Virus record (IMG/VR): IMGVR_UViG_3300047546_001190
DNA length: 64,000 nt
DNA from: an uncultured virus (IMG/VR IMGVR_UViG_3300047546_001190)
Lineage: Duplodnaviria > Heunggongvirae > Uroviricota > Caudoviricetes
Strand: one strand, 5' to 3'
This document shows, piece by piece, positions 26,673 to 36,750 of this stretch. Position numbers and translations under genes: made by a program. Below the pieces are notes generated by a model that did not search any database, had not been told where the DNA came from, and saw only the letters and a program-made list of their open reading frames with translations. Within the stretch, counting starts at the first letter, position 1, and the number at the start of each line of letters is the position of its first letter.

Positions 26673-27013
26673 GTTTTTTTGATTCGGATCTTGTTCGTGC
26701 AGAGATGGCTGAAATCTCAGCATTACAAGAAGATGTATACAGAAATGTATTTGAATTTCCTCGTATGAACAAAGAGGAAAAGTTGTTTCATGTTGCTCTC
26801 CTTGAAAAACTGTTGAACAAACAACAGATTCTTTATACTCGTTTGAAACTTTCTGATGATCCTGAGGCAATCAAGATGAAGGAAAGGATCAAAGAGTCTG
26901 CTCAGATGATGGGTCTTCCACCTAATGTTGATATGAATGTTATCTTTAACAACATGTCACAACTGCTGGAGACCATGAAGGAACGTATTGACAAGACAGG
27001 TTCCGACCTGTAG
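26669..27013 (+). CDS. DUF1825-like protein
   Basis: FFDSDLVR, RLKLSDDPEA. Confidence 0.7.
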   Translation: MSFFDSDLVRAEMAEISALQEDVYRNVFEFPRMNKEEKLFHVALLEKLLNKQQILYTRLKLSDDPEAIKMKERIKESAQMMGLPPNVDMNVIFNNMSQLLETMKERIDKTGSDL

Positions 27014-27016
27014 ACT
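26988..27016 (+). promoter_or_regulatory. sigma70-type promoter for gp32
   Basis: TTGACA(26988)-N17-TAGACT(27011). Confidence 0.6.
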
Positions 27017-27061
27017 GATGGGGTACACAAAGGCCAAATCCAAACAATCCGAGGTATACAA

Positions 27062-27997
27062 ATGTCTTTTGAAAATCTGAAAAAGCAATCCAAACTGGGT
27101 TCTCTCACTGAGAAACTGGTGAAGGAAGTAGAGAAAATGAACACCGGTTCTGGTGGTGCTGATGAACGTTTCTGGAAACCAGAAATGGATAAGACTGGTG
27201 TTGGTTCTGCAATCATCCGTTTCCTTCCTGCACCTGAAGGTGAAGAACTTCCATGGGTAAAGATGTACTCACATGCCTTCCAAGGTAACGGTGGTTGGTA
27301 CATCGAGAACTCTCTGACTACAATCGGTCAGAAGGATCCTGTGTCTGAGTACAACCGTGAACTGTGGAACAGTGGTAGTGAGAAAGATAAAGAAACTGTT
27401 CGTAAGCAGAAACGCAAACTGTCTTACTACAGCAACATCTATGTGGTAAAAGATCCTGCTCATCCTGAGAACGAAGGTAAAGTCTTCCTGTTCAAGTTCG
27501 GCAAGAAGATCTTTGATAAGATCTTGAATGCTATGCAACCTGAGTTTGAAGATGAAGAACCCATCAATCCCTTTGACTTCTGGGGTGGTGCTAACTTCCG
27601 TCTGAAGATTCGTAAGGTTGAAGGTTACTGGAACTACGACAAGTCCGAGTTTGATTCTCCTTCAGCACTGCTGGATGATGATGATGCTCTGGAAGCACTG
27701 TGGAAGAAAGAGTATTCTCTCTCTGCAATTGTTGCTCCCGATCAGTTCAAGTCTTATGAGGATCTTGAGAAGCGTCTGAAGTATGTTCTGGGTCAGAAGT
27801 CTGCTCGTGCTGCTGTTCAAGAACAGGAAGATGAGTATGAATCTTACACTCAAACTCCTTCTAAGGAAGAGAGTGTGATCGCAGAACTCGAGCAATCTTT
27901 TGCTCGCAGTAAGTCTCCTTCACTTCCTAAGATCGAGACTGTCGATGAGGATGAAGATGATGCTCTGAGTTACTTCCAACGACTGGCAGAAGACTGA
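27062..27997 (+). CDS. gp32: single-stranded DNA-binding protein, T4 gp32-like
   Basis: DERFWK, IRFLPA, WYIENS, NIYVVKDP..PENEGKVF, NYDKSEF, acidic tail. Confidence 0.96.
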   Translation: MSFENLKKQSKLGSLTEKLVKEVEKMNTGSGGADERFWKPEMDKTGVGSAIIRFLPAPEGEELPWVKMYSHAFQGNGGWYIENSLTTIGQKDPVSEYNRELWNSGSEKDKETVRKQKRKLSYYSNIYVVKDPAHPENEGKVFLFKFGKKIFDKILNAMQPEFEDEEPINPFDFWGGANFRLKIRKVEGYWNYDKSEFDSPSALLDDDDALEALWKKEYSLSAIVAPDQFKSYEDLEKRLKYVLGQKSARAAVQEQEDEYESYTQTPSKEESVIAELEQSFARSKSPSLPKIETVDEDEDDALSYFQRLAED

Positions 27998-29020
27998 TTA
28001 CTCAAACAGTCTAATATTATCTCCTCTCTTTAAGGTAGCATTCACATACTGAGTGCTACCTTTTTTATATGGCATAAAGGTATCAAGATCATTAAAGACT
28101 ACATTCAGATATCTTGGTTTAAGAGCAAAGATATTTCTTTTGTTTTCTTCAATCTGCAATTCATATTCATGATTAGTGATTGTTCTAACAAATGAATCTG
28201 ATGGAACCTGAACAGAGTATCCTAATGCTTCATCCCAGTATTCATAGTAATAAGAGTTTGCTGTGATTGATGAAGTTTCTGGAACTGTAAACAGAACTTG
28301 TTCTTTTCTTGGATCAGATAATATAGGTGAGGCAACATTTGGAACAGAAGGTAACTCGTATCTAAATCCAGTTACATTTGCTCCACTCTGAGCAAGAACT
28401 TCTGTTACTGTGAATCTTCCGTTGTATTCATTTTCAACCACATTATTGATAGCAATTTGATCTCCAACTTCCAAATCTGGAATCGAGTTTACCATGTAAA
28501 CTGTAACTGTTGTCGATGGATTGATAGAATCTCCAGAAGAGATTACAGCAATCTGAGCATTTACCATCTCAAGAAAGTTACCATTTGTCTTCCAAGTTGG
28601 TGAGATTCTGAGACCTGCTTCAATAATTGTTTTACCTGAGAAGTTTTTAACCTCTCTAGTTTCATAATGATGAATACCAGCATATAAGTTTTCGTATGAA
28701 CCATATCTCTCAAGCATTACCTGATCAAAGGTTGCTTGAGTCATCGGCCATTCATCTTGAATGTTCAGAATGTTATTGGAAAGAAGAACTACCCAATCAA
28801 GTGTTGAATCTTCATAGAGTTTGAATGCAACATTATCGGGTCTTTCATCTCCGACGATCTTATACTTAGTGAAGAAGTTAAGATTTCCAAAGATATCTTC
28901 TCTTAACTTTCCTCTCTTGAAAAGATTTTTGACAGCAACATAGTCTGAGATACTATCAGCATTTGGTTCTCTGCTGACATATTCAAAGTTAGGAACTTGT
29001 CTGAAATAAGGTTTTGCCAT
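27998..29020 (-). CDS. gp53: baseplate wedge subunit, gp53-like
   Basis: ERPDNVA..Y, WVVLLSNNI, EWP, IHHYET, YE..EENKR.I. Confidence 0.85.
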   Translation of the reverse strand: MAKPYFRQVPNFEYVSREPNADSISDYVAVKNLFKRGKLREDIFGNLNFFTKYKIVGDERPDNVAFKLYEDSTLDWVVLLSNNILNIQDEWPMTQATFDQVMLERYGSYENLYAGIHHYETREVKNFSGKTIIEAGLRISPTWKTNGNFLEMVNAQIAVISSGDSINPSTTVTVYMVNSIPDLEVGDQIAINNVVENEYNGRFTVTEVLAQSGANVTGFRYELPSVPNVASPILSDPRKEQVLFTVPETSSITANSYYYEYWDEALGYSVQVPSDSFVRTITNHEYELQIEENKRNIFALKPRYLNVVFNDLDTFMPYKKGSTQYVNATLKRGDNIRLFE

Positions 29021-29022
29021 TT

Positions 29023-30243
29023 TTAGTAACCCATATCGTCGGAGTTATCGTAGTTGCTGGAGTATATTGGAGTGAGCTCAGAGAACTGCATCGTCACACC
29101 ATATGAAGTCATAGACCCATCTCTATAGGTCATATAACTTCCGTCAGGAGTATACTCTACGTTAAAATTTGTCAGGGCACATTTTTTAATTTTATTTAAG
29201 AAAGGATGTTGTCCACCACCAGAGTATATGTATTTTAATTCAAATATATTTGGTGTTTCTAAGAACAGTCCAGAACTACTTCTTTGAACTGCCATATTTT
29301 TCTTGAAGTGTCTTATAATTGTTCTTATTACTTTTGCCTCAGCATCATCTCTTGGAGTAAACGTATAGTTATAATTGAATGTTCTGAGTTGTGGTCCTCT
29401 GAAAAGTAGTTCTAAGTTTGGATTTATAACTTTACCAGTAGCACGAGTAAAGATATTTGCCCCTACTGCTTGTCCCGCAAAGTATGCTTTAATGTCATTT
29501 TCTGATATTTCATTAAGAGCTCCACCTACAGCACCTTTTAATACGTTTAATGCAGCAGTACCAGCAGCTGCAGGATCTAAATTTGATAGACCAGACATTA
29601 ATCCTTCGGCAACTCTAGCACCAGCTAGTTGAAGAGGATTTAATTGATCAGCACCCCAATCAACAGAATTGCTATCAGAAATACCTGGATGCATAGGGAG
29701 AGCAATTACGGGAGCATTTACTGGTTCAACAGCAACGTCATCTACATCACCTAAATCAAATCCAGTCCCACCAAAAAGATTTTCTGTAGGTTTTCTTTTA
29801 TAAGTAGTAATCTGTAAGAAATCATAACCACCAGTATTGTTTGCAGGATATCTTAATGTAACACTAGTTGGTGTATTTGGTTGATTATTAGTAGTAGTAT
29901 TAGTTGCTAAAACTCCACCACTAAATGGCAGATTCTCATCTCCACCGGCAACATTAGGATTTTCTGTGCCAATAGATTGATCTATTGCTCCCCAGTAAGT
30001 TGAATCATTTGCCAGTGAACCCATCCAACTATCAGGTGCTGCCAACTGCTCATAATTTCCTTTACCAAAAACATTCACATAGTTAATTGATCCATCACCG
30101 TTCAGATTACCTGAAGACGTTGCTGCATCAACCACTGATTGTGGAGCAGGAGTTACTGAAAGTCTTTTTACAGTAGATACCTCCTCACCAACTTCAGTCT
30201 GAAAATAGTCTCCACCTAATGTGAACGGTTTACTAGATGCCAT
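29023..30243 (-). CDS. gp48: baseplate tail-tube cap, gp48-like
   Basis: INPNLELLFRGPQLRTF.Y.FTPR, CALT...VEYTPDG, MQFSEL. Confidence 0.85.
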   Translation of the reverse strand: MASSKPFTLGGDYFQTEVGEEVSTVKRLSVTPAPQSVVDAATSSGNLNGDGSINYVNVFGKGNYEQLAAPDSWMGSLANDSTYWGAIDQSIGTENPNVAGGDENLPFSGGVLATNTTTNNQPNTPTSVTLRYPANNTGGYDFLQITTYKRKPTENLFGGTGFDLGDVDDVAVEPVNAPVIALPMHPGISDSNSVDWGADQLNPLQLAGARVAEGLMSGLSNLDPAAAGTAALNVLKGAVGGALNEISENDIKAYFAGQAVGANIFTRATGKVINPNLELLFRGPQLRTFNYNYTFTPRDDAEAKVIRTIIRHFKKNMAVQRSSSGLFLETPNIFELKYIYSGGGQHPFLNKIKKCALTNFNVEYTPDGSYMTYRDGSMTSYGVTMQFSELTPIYSSNYDNSDDMGY

Positions 30244-30258
30244 TAGACACTTTTTTAG

Positions 30259-30639
30259 TTATTTAGTTCTGATTTTCCCATAAGGTAATGAACGAAGATA
30301 ATCAATCTCATTTGACTTCACCAAATGAAGTGCTCCTGCGACTTCTTGCCAGGTATAGTTCCTCATCATTCTCCAGTGATAGTTAAATCCTCTAAATCCC
30401 CATCGTTGTACTTCAGTCACAGCAACTAATGGGTGTTCATCATAAGTAATCTCTGGAGTTTTAGGTATGTATATAAAGGTATAATAGTTACCAGGATCAG
30501 GAACGTATTCTATTTCTCTGAATACTTCCATGATGCTCATCATAATCAAGTCGGCATCTTCAGAACCATCTAACTTTCTTTTGAGTTGAGATATTCTTGG
30601 TGATTGTCTCTGAACTTCTTGTCCGAAACCTTTTGCCAT
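30259..30639 (-). CDS. gp2 (DNA end protector)-like protein
   Basis: PGNYYTFIY.PK..YDEHPLV..GFNYHW resembles the gp2 core; next to gp4. Confidence 0.55.
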   Translation of the reverse strand: MAKGFGQEVQRQSPRISQLKRKLDGSEDADLIMMSIMEVFREIEYVPDPGNYYTFIYIPKTPEITYDEHPLVAVTEVQRWGFRGFNYHWRMMRNYTWQEVAGALHLVKSNEIDYLRSLPYGKIRTK

Positions 30640-31085
30640 TAACCGATACCTAATTCGTTTTCTGTGATGATACGAAACTCAAGCATTCTATCCTTACACC
30701 ATTCTTGTGCTGCTCTCCACTTTGCTTCATTCACAGCATAAGTTTTTACTTCGTTAATATAAGTTCTTGTTCTTTTCTTACTTGTTTGAACGGGAGGCAT
30801 CGTTTGTCTTTTGGGTTTAATCTCAATCACATACTTTTTAATCTCACCAGATTGCTCACGAACCTTAATAATAAAGTCTGGAAAGTATCTTCTGATTCTG
30901 CTGGTGGTAGGATCATAGTATGGAATAAAGAACTCTTCACTTCCCCATTCTAAGATGTTTTCGTTTAAGTCACACCACCGACAGAAACGGCGTTCCCAAC
31001 TGCTACGACAGATAATATTATTGGGATCACCTTTATACTTTTTTGGATACTCAGGTCTATAACGACTCTTGATGCTTTCTGCCAT
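30639..31085 (-). CDS. gp4: head completion nuclease, gp4-like
   Basis: KYKGD..I.RSSWE, W.SEE..IPY, RYFPDF, IEIKP, N.AKW.AA. Confidence 0.92.
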   Translation of the reverse strand: MAESIKSRYRPEYPKKYKGDPNNIICRSSWERRFCRWCDLNENILEWGSEEFFIPYYDPTTSRIRRYFPDFIIKVREQSGEIKKYVIEIKPKRQTMPPVQTSKKRTRTYINEVKTYAVNEAKWRAAQEWCKDRMLEFRIITENELGIG

Positions 31086-31117
31086 TATACATAATATATC
31101 GGTAAAAGTATTTATAG

Positions 31118-31939
31118 ATGGCAGGTATCCGCCCAGAAAGACTAAGAACAAGTGATATCAAATCGAGGTTTTTAAATCTTGCTCAGACCTCTTTATATCG
31201 TTTGACACTTCCAGTTCCCTCTGAGGTTTCTTCTTTTATTAGTCAGAGGGGCGTGTATCCGATTGATGTAAATGAAATATCTTTGCTGTGTTGTGAAGCA
31301 AATCTTCCAGGTTCTACATTAGCAACTCATGATGTTACGAATGACTATCATGGTGTAAGTGAGAAGATGGTCTATCGTAGACTCTATGATGAGAATGCTG
31401 ATATGACTTTTTATGTTGATAGAGATTATAAAGTAATAGAGTTCTTTGAAAGTTGGATTGATTTTATTACAGGTGTAGGTGATACTTTTACAAGACAACA
31501 ATTTGAAAATCCATATGTTCATCACAGAATGGCATATGCTAATCAATATAAAACCAACTTTTATCTTACCAAGTTCGAAAGAGATCATCACTTTAATGGT
31601 TCTACAAGAACTTTAGATTACACTTTTGTCTATGGATTCCCAATCAGCATTACATCGATGCCTGTGTCCTATGATGAAAGTCAAATCTTAAAGTGTAATG
31701 TATCATTCTCCTTTATTAGATACACTGTAAGTAGAGGACTTGATCCAAGTGAAAGAATTCCTCTACCAGCCCCAATAACTCCACCAGGAGTTCCTCAACC
31801 ACCAACAGAAAATAATACACCAGTGCGCATTCCAGTAATACCATATACACCTGTTATAAAAGATATAAATGGTCAACCATTCCCTCTTGGTGAAGGTATA
31901 CCTGGATTGACTGGTGTATTGAATCCTGGAGTTGCATAA
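31118..31939 (+). CDS. tail tube initiator / tube-like baseplate protein (gp54-like)
   Basis: LLCCEANLPG, TFYVD, FFESW, FPISI tube-fold motifs; synteny. Confidence 0.65.
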   Translation: MAGIRPERLRTSDIKSRFLNLAQTSLYRLTLPVPSEVSSFISQRGVYPIDVNEISLLCCEANLPGSTLATHDVTNDYHGVSEKMVYRRLYDENADMTFYVDRDYKVIEFFESWIDFITGVGDTFTRQQFENPYVHHRMAYANQYKTNFYLTKFERDHHFNGSTRTLDYTFVYGFPISITSMPVSYDESQILKCNVSFSFIRYTVSRGLDPSERIPLPAPITPPGVPQPPTENNTPVRIPVIPYTPVIKDINGQPFPLGEGIPGLTGVLNPGVA

Positions 31940-31972
31940 TAAATATCATTACTGAAACTTCTATAGGTCATT

Positions 31973-32692
31973 ATGCCCTTACCAACTATTGCGACACCAA
32001 CTTATGAACTTGAGTTGCCATCAACAGGAAAACCAATCAAGTACAGACCATTCTTAGTTAAGGAAGAGAAACTATTGGTCTTAGCACTTGAGACAGAAGA
32101 TACAAAAGAAATCTCGAATGCTATCAAGGCAGTATTGAAGAACTGTATTCAGACAAAAGGTATTAAGGTAGAAGCACTGCCAACCTTTGATATTGAATAT
32201 TTGTTCTTAAATATTCGTGGTAAGTCTGTAGGTGAAGAGATTCAAGTGAATCTGATTGCCCCTGATGATGGAGAAACATCAGTGCCTGTGACGATCAATA
32301 TTGATGAGATTAAAGTTCAAAAGAAAGAAGATCACACCAATAGAATTAAACTTGATGATAATTTGATGATGGAAATGAAGTATCCATCACTTGATCAGTT
32401 CATCAAGAACAACTTTGATATGTCTGGTAATGTTGATATTGATCAGTCATTTGATTTGATTGCTTCTTGTGTGGATAAGATTTATAGTCAAGAAGAAGTA
32501 TGGGTTGCTGCTGATGTAACTAAGAAAGAATTGGTTGACTTCTTAGAGCAGATGAACTCTATTCAATTCAAGCAAATTGAGAAGTTCTTTGAGACGATGC
32601 CTAAGTTATCTCATGAGATTACCTTTATAAATCCTAAGACAAAAGTAGAAAGCACTGTAGTGTTGGAGGGATTATCAAGTTTTTTCGCATAG
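31973..32692 (+). CDS. gp26: baseplate hub assembly protein, gp26-like
   Basis: MPLP..TPTYEL.LPS, YRPFLVKEEK, FDIEYLFLNIRGKSVGE, FFETMPKL. Confidence 0.9.
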   Translation: MPLPTIATPTYELELPSTGKPIKYRPFLVKEEKLLVLALETEDTKEISNAIKAVLKNCIQTKGIKVEALPTFDIEYLFLNIRGKSVGEEIQVNLIAPDDGETSVPVTINIDEIKVQKKEDHTNRIKLDDNLMMEMKYPSLDQFIKNNFDMSGNVDIDQSFDLIASCVDKIYSQEEVWVAADVTKKELVDFLEQMNSIQFKQIEKFFETMPKLSHEITFINPKTKVESTVVLEGLSSFFA

Positions 32693-32710
32693 GAATGGTC
32701 CATATGGACC
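32665..32710 (+). promoter_or_regulatory. putative -1 frameshift signal joining gp26 and gp51
   Basis: GGAGGG (32665) 9 nt before T_TTT_TTC (32680-86); hairpin GGUCC-AUAU-GGACC (32697-32710); next ORF is in the -1 frame. Confidence 0.6.
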
Positions 32711-32868
32711 TTGAGAACTACTACAAGATTAACTTTGCCTTGATGCAGTTCCATAAATATTCATTAACAGAGGTTGAAAACTTGATTCCTTGGGAACGAG
32801 ATGTCTATATTGGTTTACTACAACAACATCTGGAAGATGAAAAACTAAGACAGCAACAGAATGGCTGA
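32695..32868 (+). CDS. gp51: baseplate hub assembly catalyst, gp51-like (not in ORF track)
   Basis: YYKINFALMQFHKYSLTEVENLIPWERDVYIGLL. Confidence 0.85.
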   Translation: MVHMDLENYYKINFALMQFHKYSLTEVENLIPWERDVYIGLLQQHLEDEKLRQQQNG

Positions 32869-34987
32869 TAACATTCCAAGTTTAGACGATCTACTTAAAG
32901 ATATTAGGGAAGAGGGTGAACCACAATCATCCTCAGCACTTGCTGTCGTACCAAAGAAACCAGAAGATTTAGTAGAAGAAGATATAGACTCTCAGATTCT
33001 TTCTATCTTAGGGTTGGAAGAAGTCTTTGACTTAACTTATGAAGAGTATGCTTCTCTCTTAAAAGAAGCAGCAGTTAAAGGAAGAATGCCAGACTCTCAA
33101 ATGACAACTGAGAGTATTGAGTTAGTTACGAATGAACTCAAGAGAGTAAGAAATAAGACTGGTAGATTTAAGGTTAAACCAAAGAAAGTTGACATTAATA
33201 AAGTATTAGATCGTAAACAACCAACTCCATCTGGTGCGATTGTAAAAGCACAGAAACTTATACCACAAGCAGCAGAGGTAGCACCAGAGCAAGAGAAAAA
33301 ACCTGTAGTTGATACTGAGAATTTACAGAAAGACTTGTTAAATGGTATTGGAAACATCTTAGAGTCTCTGATCACTATTAGAACTTTACTATCAAGTCAA
33401 GGCAAGACAGAACAGAAAGCAGCACAAGAAGATAGAAAAGAAACTGAAAAGAAAAAGAAAAAGGAAAGAGAATCGACATTAGAAAAGAAGAAACCAAAGT
33501 CACCAATACTTAAAGCACTTACAAAACCTGTTGATGATTTCTTTGATGTAATTAAAAGATTCTTTAAAAATGTTTTGTTAGGTTCTGTTGTTCTTGCTAT
33601 TTTTAAGTGGTTAAAGGATCCTAAAAATAAGCAAGCAATTGATGACTTTACTAACTTTATTGAAAATAATCTTGATAAGATATTTAATGGTATCCTTGCT
33701 CTTATTGGACTGAGAATTGGTTGGAATATATTCAAGTGGACCCGAAGATTATATAAAGCATTTGATTTTCTAAAGAACAAATTACCTGGAGGAAAACCAA
33801 AACCACCTAAAACACCCAAAGCACCAACACCATCTACACCAAAAGTTCCATCTGGACCTAAAATTAGACCGGGAGGTGGAGTTTTAGGTATGGCTGCTGG
33901 AATGGTTATAGAATCTGTTCTTGGTGATGTTATTAAAAAATATGTAACGGATCCATTAGAATCAAAATCATTAGAAACTAAATTAAAAGATTATTCTGAA
34001 CTTCCCACTGATGAAAAAAGAAAAGAAAGAGTAACATTAATCAAAGAAAGAATAAAAGAACTTGAAAAGCATATAAACTCTCCTCTTCACGCGATTGAAA
34101 AAGGAATTGCTTTGGGTGGAGAAACTCAATCTGAAAAAAATTTAAGACTTAATAAAGCATTATTAGAATCTATTCAATCCTATGATAAAAAAATAGTATC
34201 TACAAAACCTCAAGTTCAACCACAAACTTCTAAAGTACCAGGACTTCCCCCAAGTGCTGCACAACCAGGAACAGGACCTACTGGTAATCAAGTTGGTTCA
34301 CCGACAACAATAGTAAAACCAGTTATAAGTGGAAGATATGGTGAGCAACGATCTACAGGAGCTCATGGGGGAACAGACTTGGCTGTAGATAAAGGAACAC
34401 CATTAACTGCAGTTTCTGATGGAGAAATAGTTGATTATGGTGATTTGAATCAAAGTGGTGCGAAGAGAGGGGATCCTGGTGGATGGGGAAATTTCTTAGT
34501 TTATAAAGACGATCAAGGAATATATCATTTGTATGGGCATATCCAAGATGGATTCAAGAAGAGTGGTAAGATTAAAAAGGGTGAGCAGATTGCTAAGGTT
34601 GGAATGACTGGTAGAACATCTGGTCCTCATCTACACTGGGAAGCAGGAACTGCTTGGAGTGGTGGAACTCTTAGTGGAAAATTTGATCCATTAAACAAAT
34701 ATTCTTCCACAGCACCATTTTCTTTAAATCCATCTGCTGCGGTGGCGGTTGAATCCCCAACTGCTCCAGCAGCACAAGTAGCAAAAACACCAGCACCTAC
34801 ACCATCAATACCTTCACCAACAGGAAGAGGTAATATTGTTCCTTTACCAATACCAACTGGAGGTGGTGCGCAACAGTCGTCAAGTGGAACTGCACCCAAT
34901 CAAGCACCAGTTCCAAGATTCTCTTCTGAGGATCCAAACAACACAACTACTATGGTTGTCAGAGCAATCTATAACATCGTAGGATAA
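32861..34987 (+). CDS. tail/baseplate protein (tape-measure-like) with M23 peptidase domain
   Basis: Helical/coiled-coil N-half; HGGTD, GGWGN, YGH, GRTSGPHLHWE M23 motifs. Confidence 0.8.
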   Translation: MADNIPSLDDLLKDIREEGEPQSSSALAVVPKKPEDLVEEDIDSQILSILGLEEVFDLTYEEYASLLKEAAVKGRMPDSQMTTESIELVTNELKRVRNKTGRFKVKPKKVDINKVLDRKQPTPSGAIVKAQKLIPQAAEVAPEQEKKPVVDTENLQKDLLNGIGNILESLITIRTLLSSQGKTEQKAAQEDRKETEKKKKKERESTLEKKKPKSPILKALTKPVDDFFDVIKRFFKNVLLGSVVLAIFKWLKDPKNKQAIDDFTNFIENNLDKIFNGILALIGLRIGWNIFKWTRRLYKAFDFLKNKLPGGKPKPPKTPKAPTPSTPKVPSGPKIRPGGGVLGMAAGMVIESVLGDVIKKYVTDPLESKSLETKLKDYSELPTDEKRKERVTLIKERIKELEKHINSPLHAIEKGIALGGETQSEKNLRLNKALLESIQSYDKKIVSTKPQVQPQTSKVPGLPPSAAQPGTGPTGNQVGSPTTIVKPVISGRYGEQRSTGAHGGTDLAVDKGTPLTAVSDGEIVDYGDLNQSGAKRGDPGGWGNFLVYKDDQGIYHLYGHIQDGFKKSGKIKKGEQIAKVGMTGRTSGPHLHWEAGTAWSGGTLSGKFDPLNKYSSTAPFSLNPSAAVAVESPTAPAAQVAKTPAPTPSIPSPTGRGNIVPLPIPTGGGAQQSSSGTAPNQAPVPRFSSEDPNNTTTMVVRAIYNIVG

Positions 34988-36750
34988 TGTTACCAGCACT
35001 CGTCGGATTTGCCGCAAAGGCATTACTACCATCAGAAAAGAAAGTTGATAAGGATAAGTTCTTTGAGAAGAAGAAAGCATCCTCTATTCAAAAGATTGAT
35101 GATGAAGGTGCTGTAGTAAAACAACCAACGATTCAAAAGAAAACAATATCAACTAATTTACTTCTCCCACCAGCACAAATCAAAGCACTTCCTCCTGCTG
35201 CTGAAGTTAAGAAAGATGTAAAGACTGGCAGATTGAATGATATTTTTGATAGAGTTGGTGAGACTCTTCAAGGTATTATTGATGTATTGAGTAACAGAAA
35301 CCAAACTCAAAAAGAAGAAGAGACTAATAAAAAACAACAGGCAAGAGTAGATGAGAAAAAAGAAAAGGAAGAAAAGTTAGAGAAGGAAGCAAAGAAAAAA
35401 CCATTTAAGATGCCGAACATAAAGGCACCTGAAGATAAATTCAATATCATGAGATTCTTTGGTAATGTTTTACTTGGATCTCTTGCTCTGGCAATCTTCA
35501 ATAATCTTGAACAGATTATGGAGACTTTGAAGAATGTTTTTCAAACTATCAAAGATTTTATAACAAAACTTGGTGAGTTTTTTAGTCCTATTTGGAACAG
35601 TCTTAAATGGATTACTGGAGAGGGAATGAATTTAGTTAATAAAATTAAAAAGTTTTTTGGAGCAGGGGGTAAAACTGAGGATGAAGAATATGCAGAAAAG
35701 GCAAAAGAAGAATTAAAAAAAACCGATGATCTTTGGACTACTATCTCTAAATTTTTTGGATTTGATTCTTCTGATGAAGAGTCGGATATGAAAATTCCAG
35801 ATAGTACACAACCAGATGAAACATTTCCACCAATATCTGGTGGAGGATCTGACTTTTGGACTTTAGTTGCTGTTGTTTCACGAGAAGATGGTGATCCTCA
35901 AGGAAGAGCTGATGTTGCCCAGTCAATTTATAATAGACTTGCATCGGGAGCATATGCAGGAAAAACCATAAGAGAATTAATCTTAGCAAAAACTCAATTC
36001 CAACCAACTTGGGATTATCCTAAGAAAGGTAAGTATGGAACTCCAAATCCAGAATGGTATAACATAACTGATGCAAAATCAGCAGCAAAAGCCACTGGAA
36101 TGAGTGAGGGTGCGATGAATTCTGTTGCTAATCAATTGATGGACCCAACACTACAAAAAAATGCAGCAGAATTTGTTGGAGGAAGAACAGATTTTACTGG
36201 GTATTCAAAATCACAATCAGAAAGACAGGGGCAAGTTTTAAGAAAGTCTGGTGATAATTATTTTGGTTGGGATTGGAATTATCGTGGAACTAAAGTTGCT
36301 TCAGTACCAAAATTTAATGTTTCTTCGCAACCATCTCCTCAACAAAAATTACAACAGAGACAACAAAAAGCAGATACAACTGCTCAACAAGCAGCACAAC
36401 AAGCAGCAGCACAAACACAAGCACCTCCTGCTCCCGCATTACCTTCACCACAGCAGGCAGCAGCACCATCATTACAACCAGCAGCACCAGCACAAGCACA
36501 AGTTGCTCCAACACAACCAGCACCAGCAGTATCGGCAAGTGTTCCTCAGATTATGCAGCAGGCAGAATATGAGGTTCCTGGTGGTACTCCATCATCTACA
36601 ATAGTTCCAATACCTATCGGTGGTGGTTCTTCACCGATGATGATGGGTGGTGGAGGAACAAGATTACTTCCTGTTGGAGTATCCAAACAAGCACTATTAA
36701 ATAGTTACTATCAAGCTCAACTTACTGGGTTCTTATACAAACAAGGATAA
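34987..36750 (+). CDS. tail/baseplate protein with SleB-like (Hydrolase_2) cell-wall hydrolase domain
   Basis: VVSRE, VAQSIYNR, TIRELI....QFQP; helical N-half; Q/A/P-rich linker. Confidence 0.7.
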   Translation: MLPALVGFAAKALLPSEKKVDKDKFFEKKKASSIQKIDDEGAVVKQPTIQKKTISTNLLLPPAQIKALPPAAEVKKDVKTGRLNDIFDRVGETLQGIIDVLSNRNQTQKEEETNKKQQARVDEKKEKEEKLEKEAKKKPFKMPNIKAPEDKFNIMRFFGNVLLGSLALAIFNNLEQIMETLKNVFQTIKDFITKLGEFFSPIWNSLKWITGEGMNLVNKIKKFFGAGGKTEDEEYAEKAKEELKKTDDLWTTISKFFGFDSSDEESDMKIPDSTQPDETFPPISGGGSDFWTLVAVVSREDGDPQGRADVAQSIYNRLASGAYAGKTIRELILAKTQFQPTWDYPKKGKYGTPNPEWYNITDAKSAAKATGMSEGAMNSVANQLMDPTLQKNAAEFVGGRTDFTGYSKSQSERQGQVLRKSGDNYFGWDWNYRGTKVASVPKFNVSSQPSPQQKLQQRQQKADTTAQQAAQQAAAQTQAPPAPALPSPQQAAAPSLQPAAPAQAQVAPTQPAPAVSASVPQIMQQAEYEVPGGTPSSTIVPIPIGGGSSPMMMGGGGTRLLPVGVSKQALLNSYYQAQLTGFLYKQG

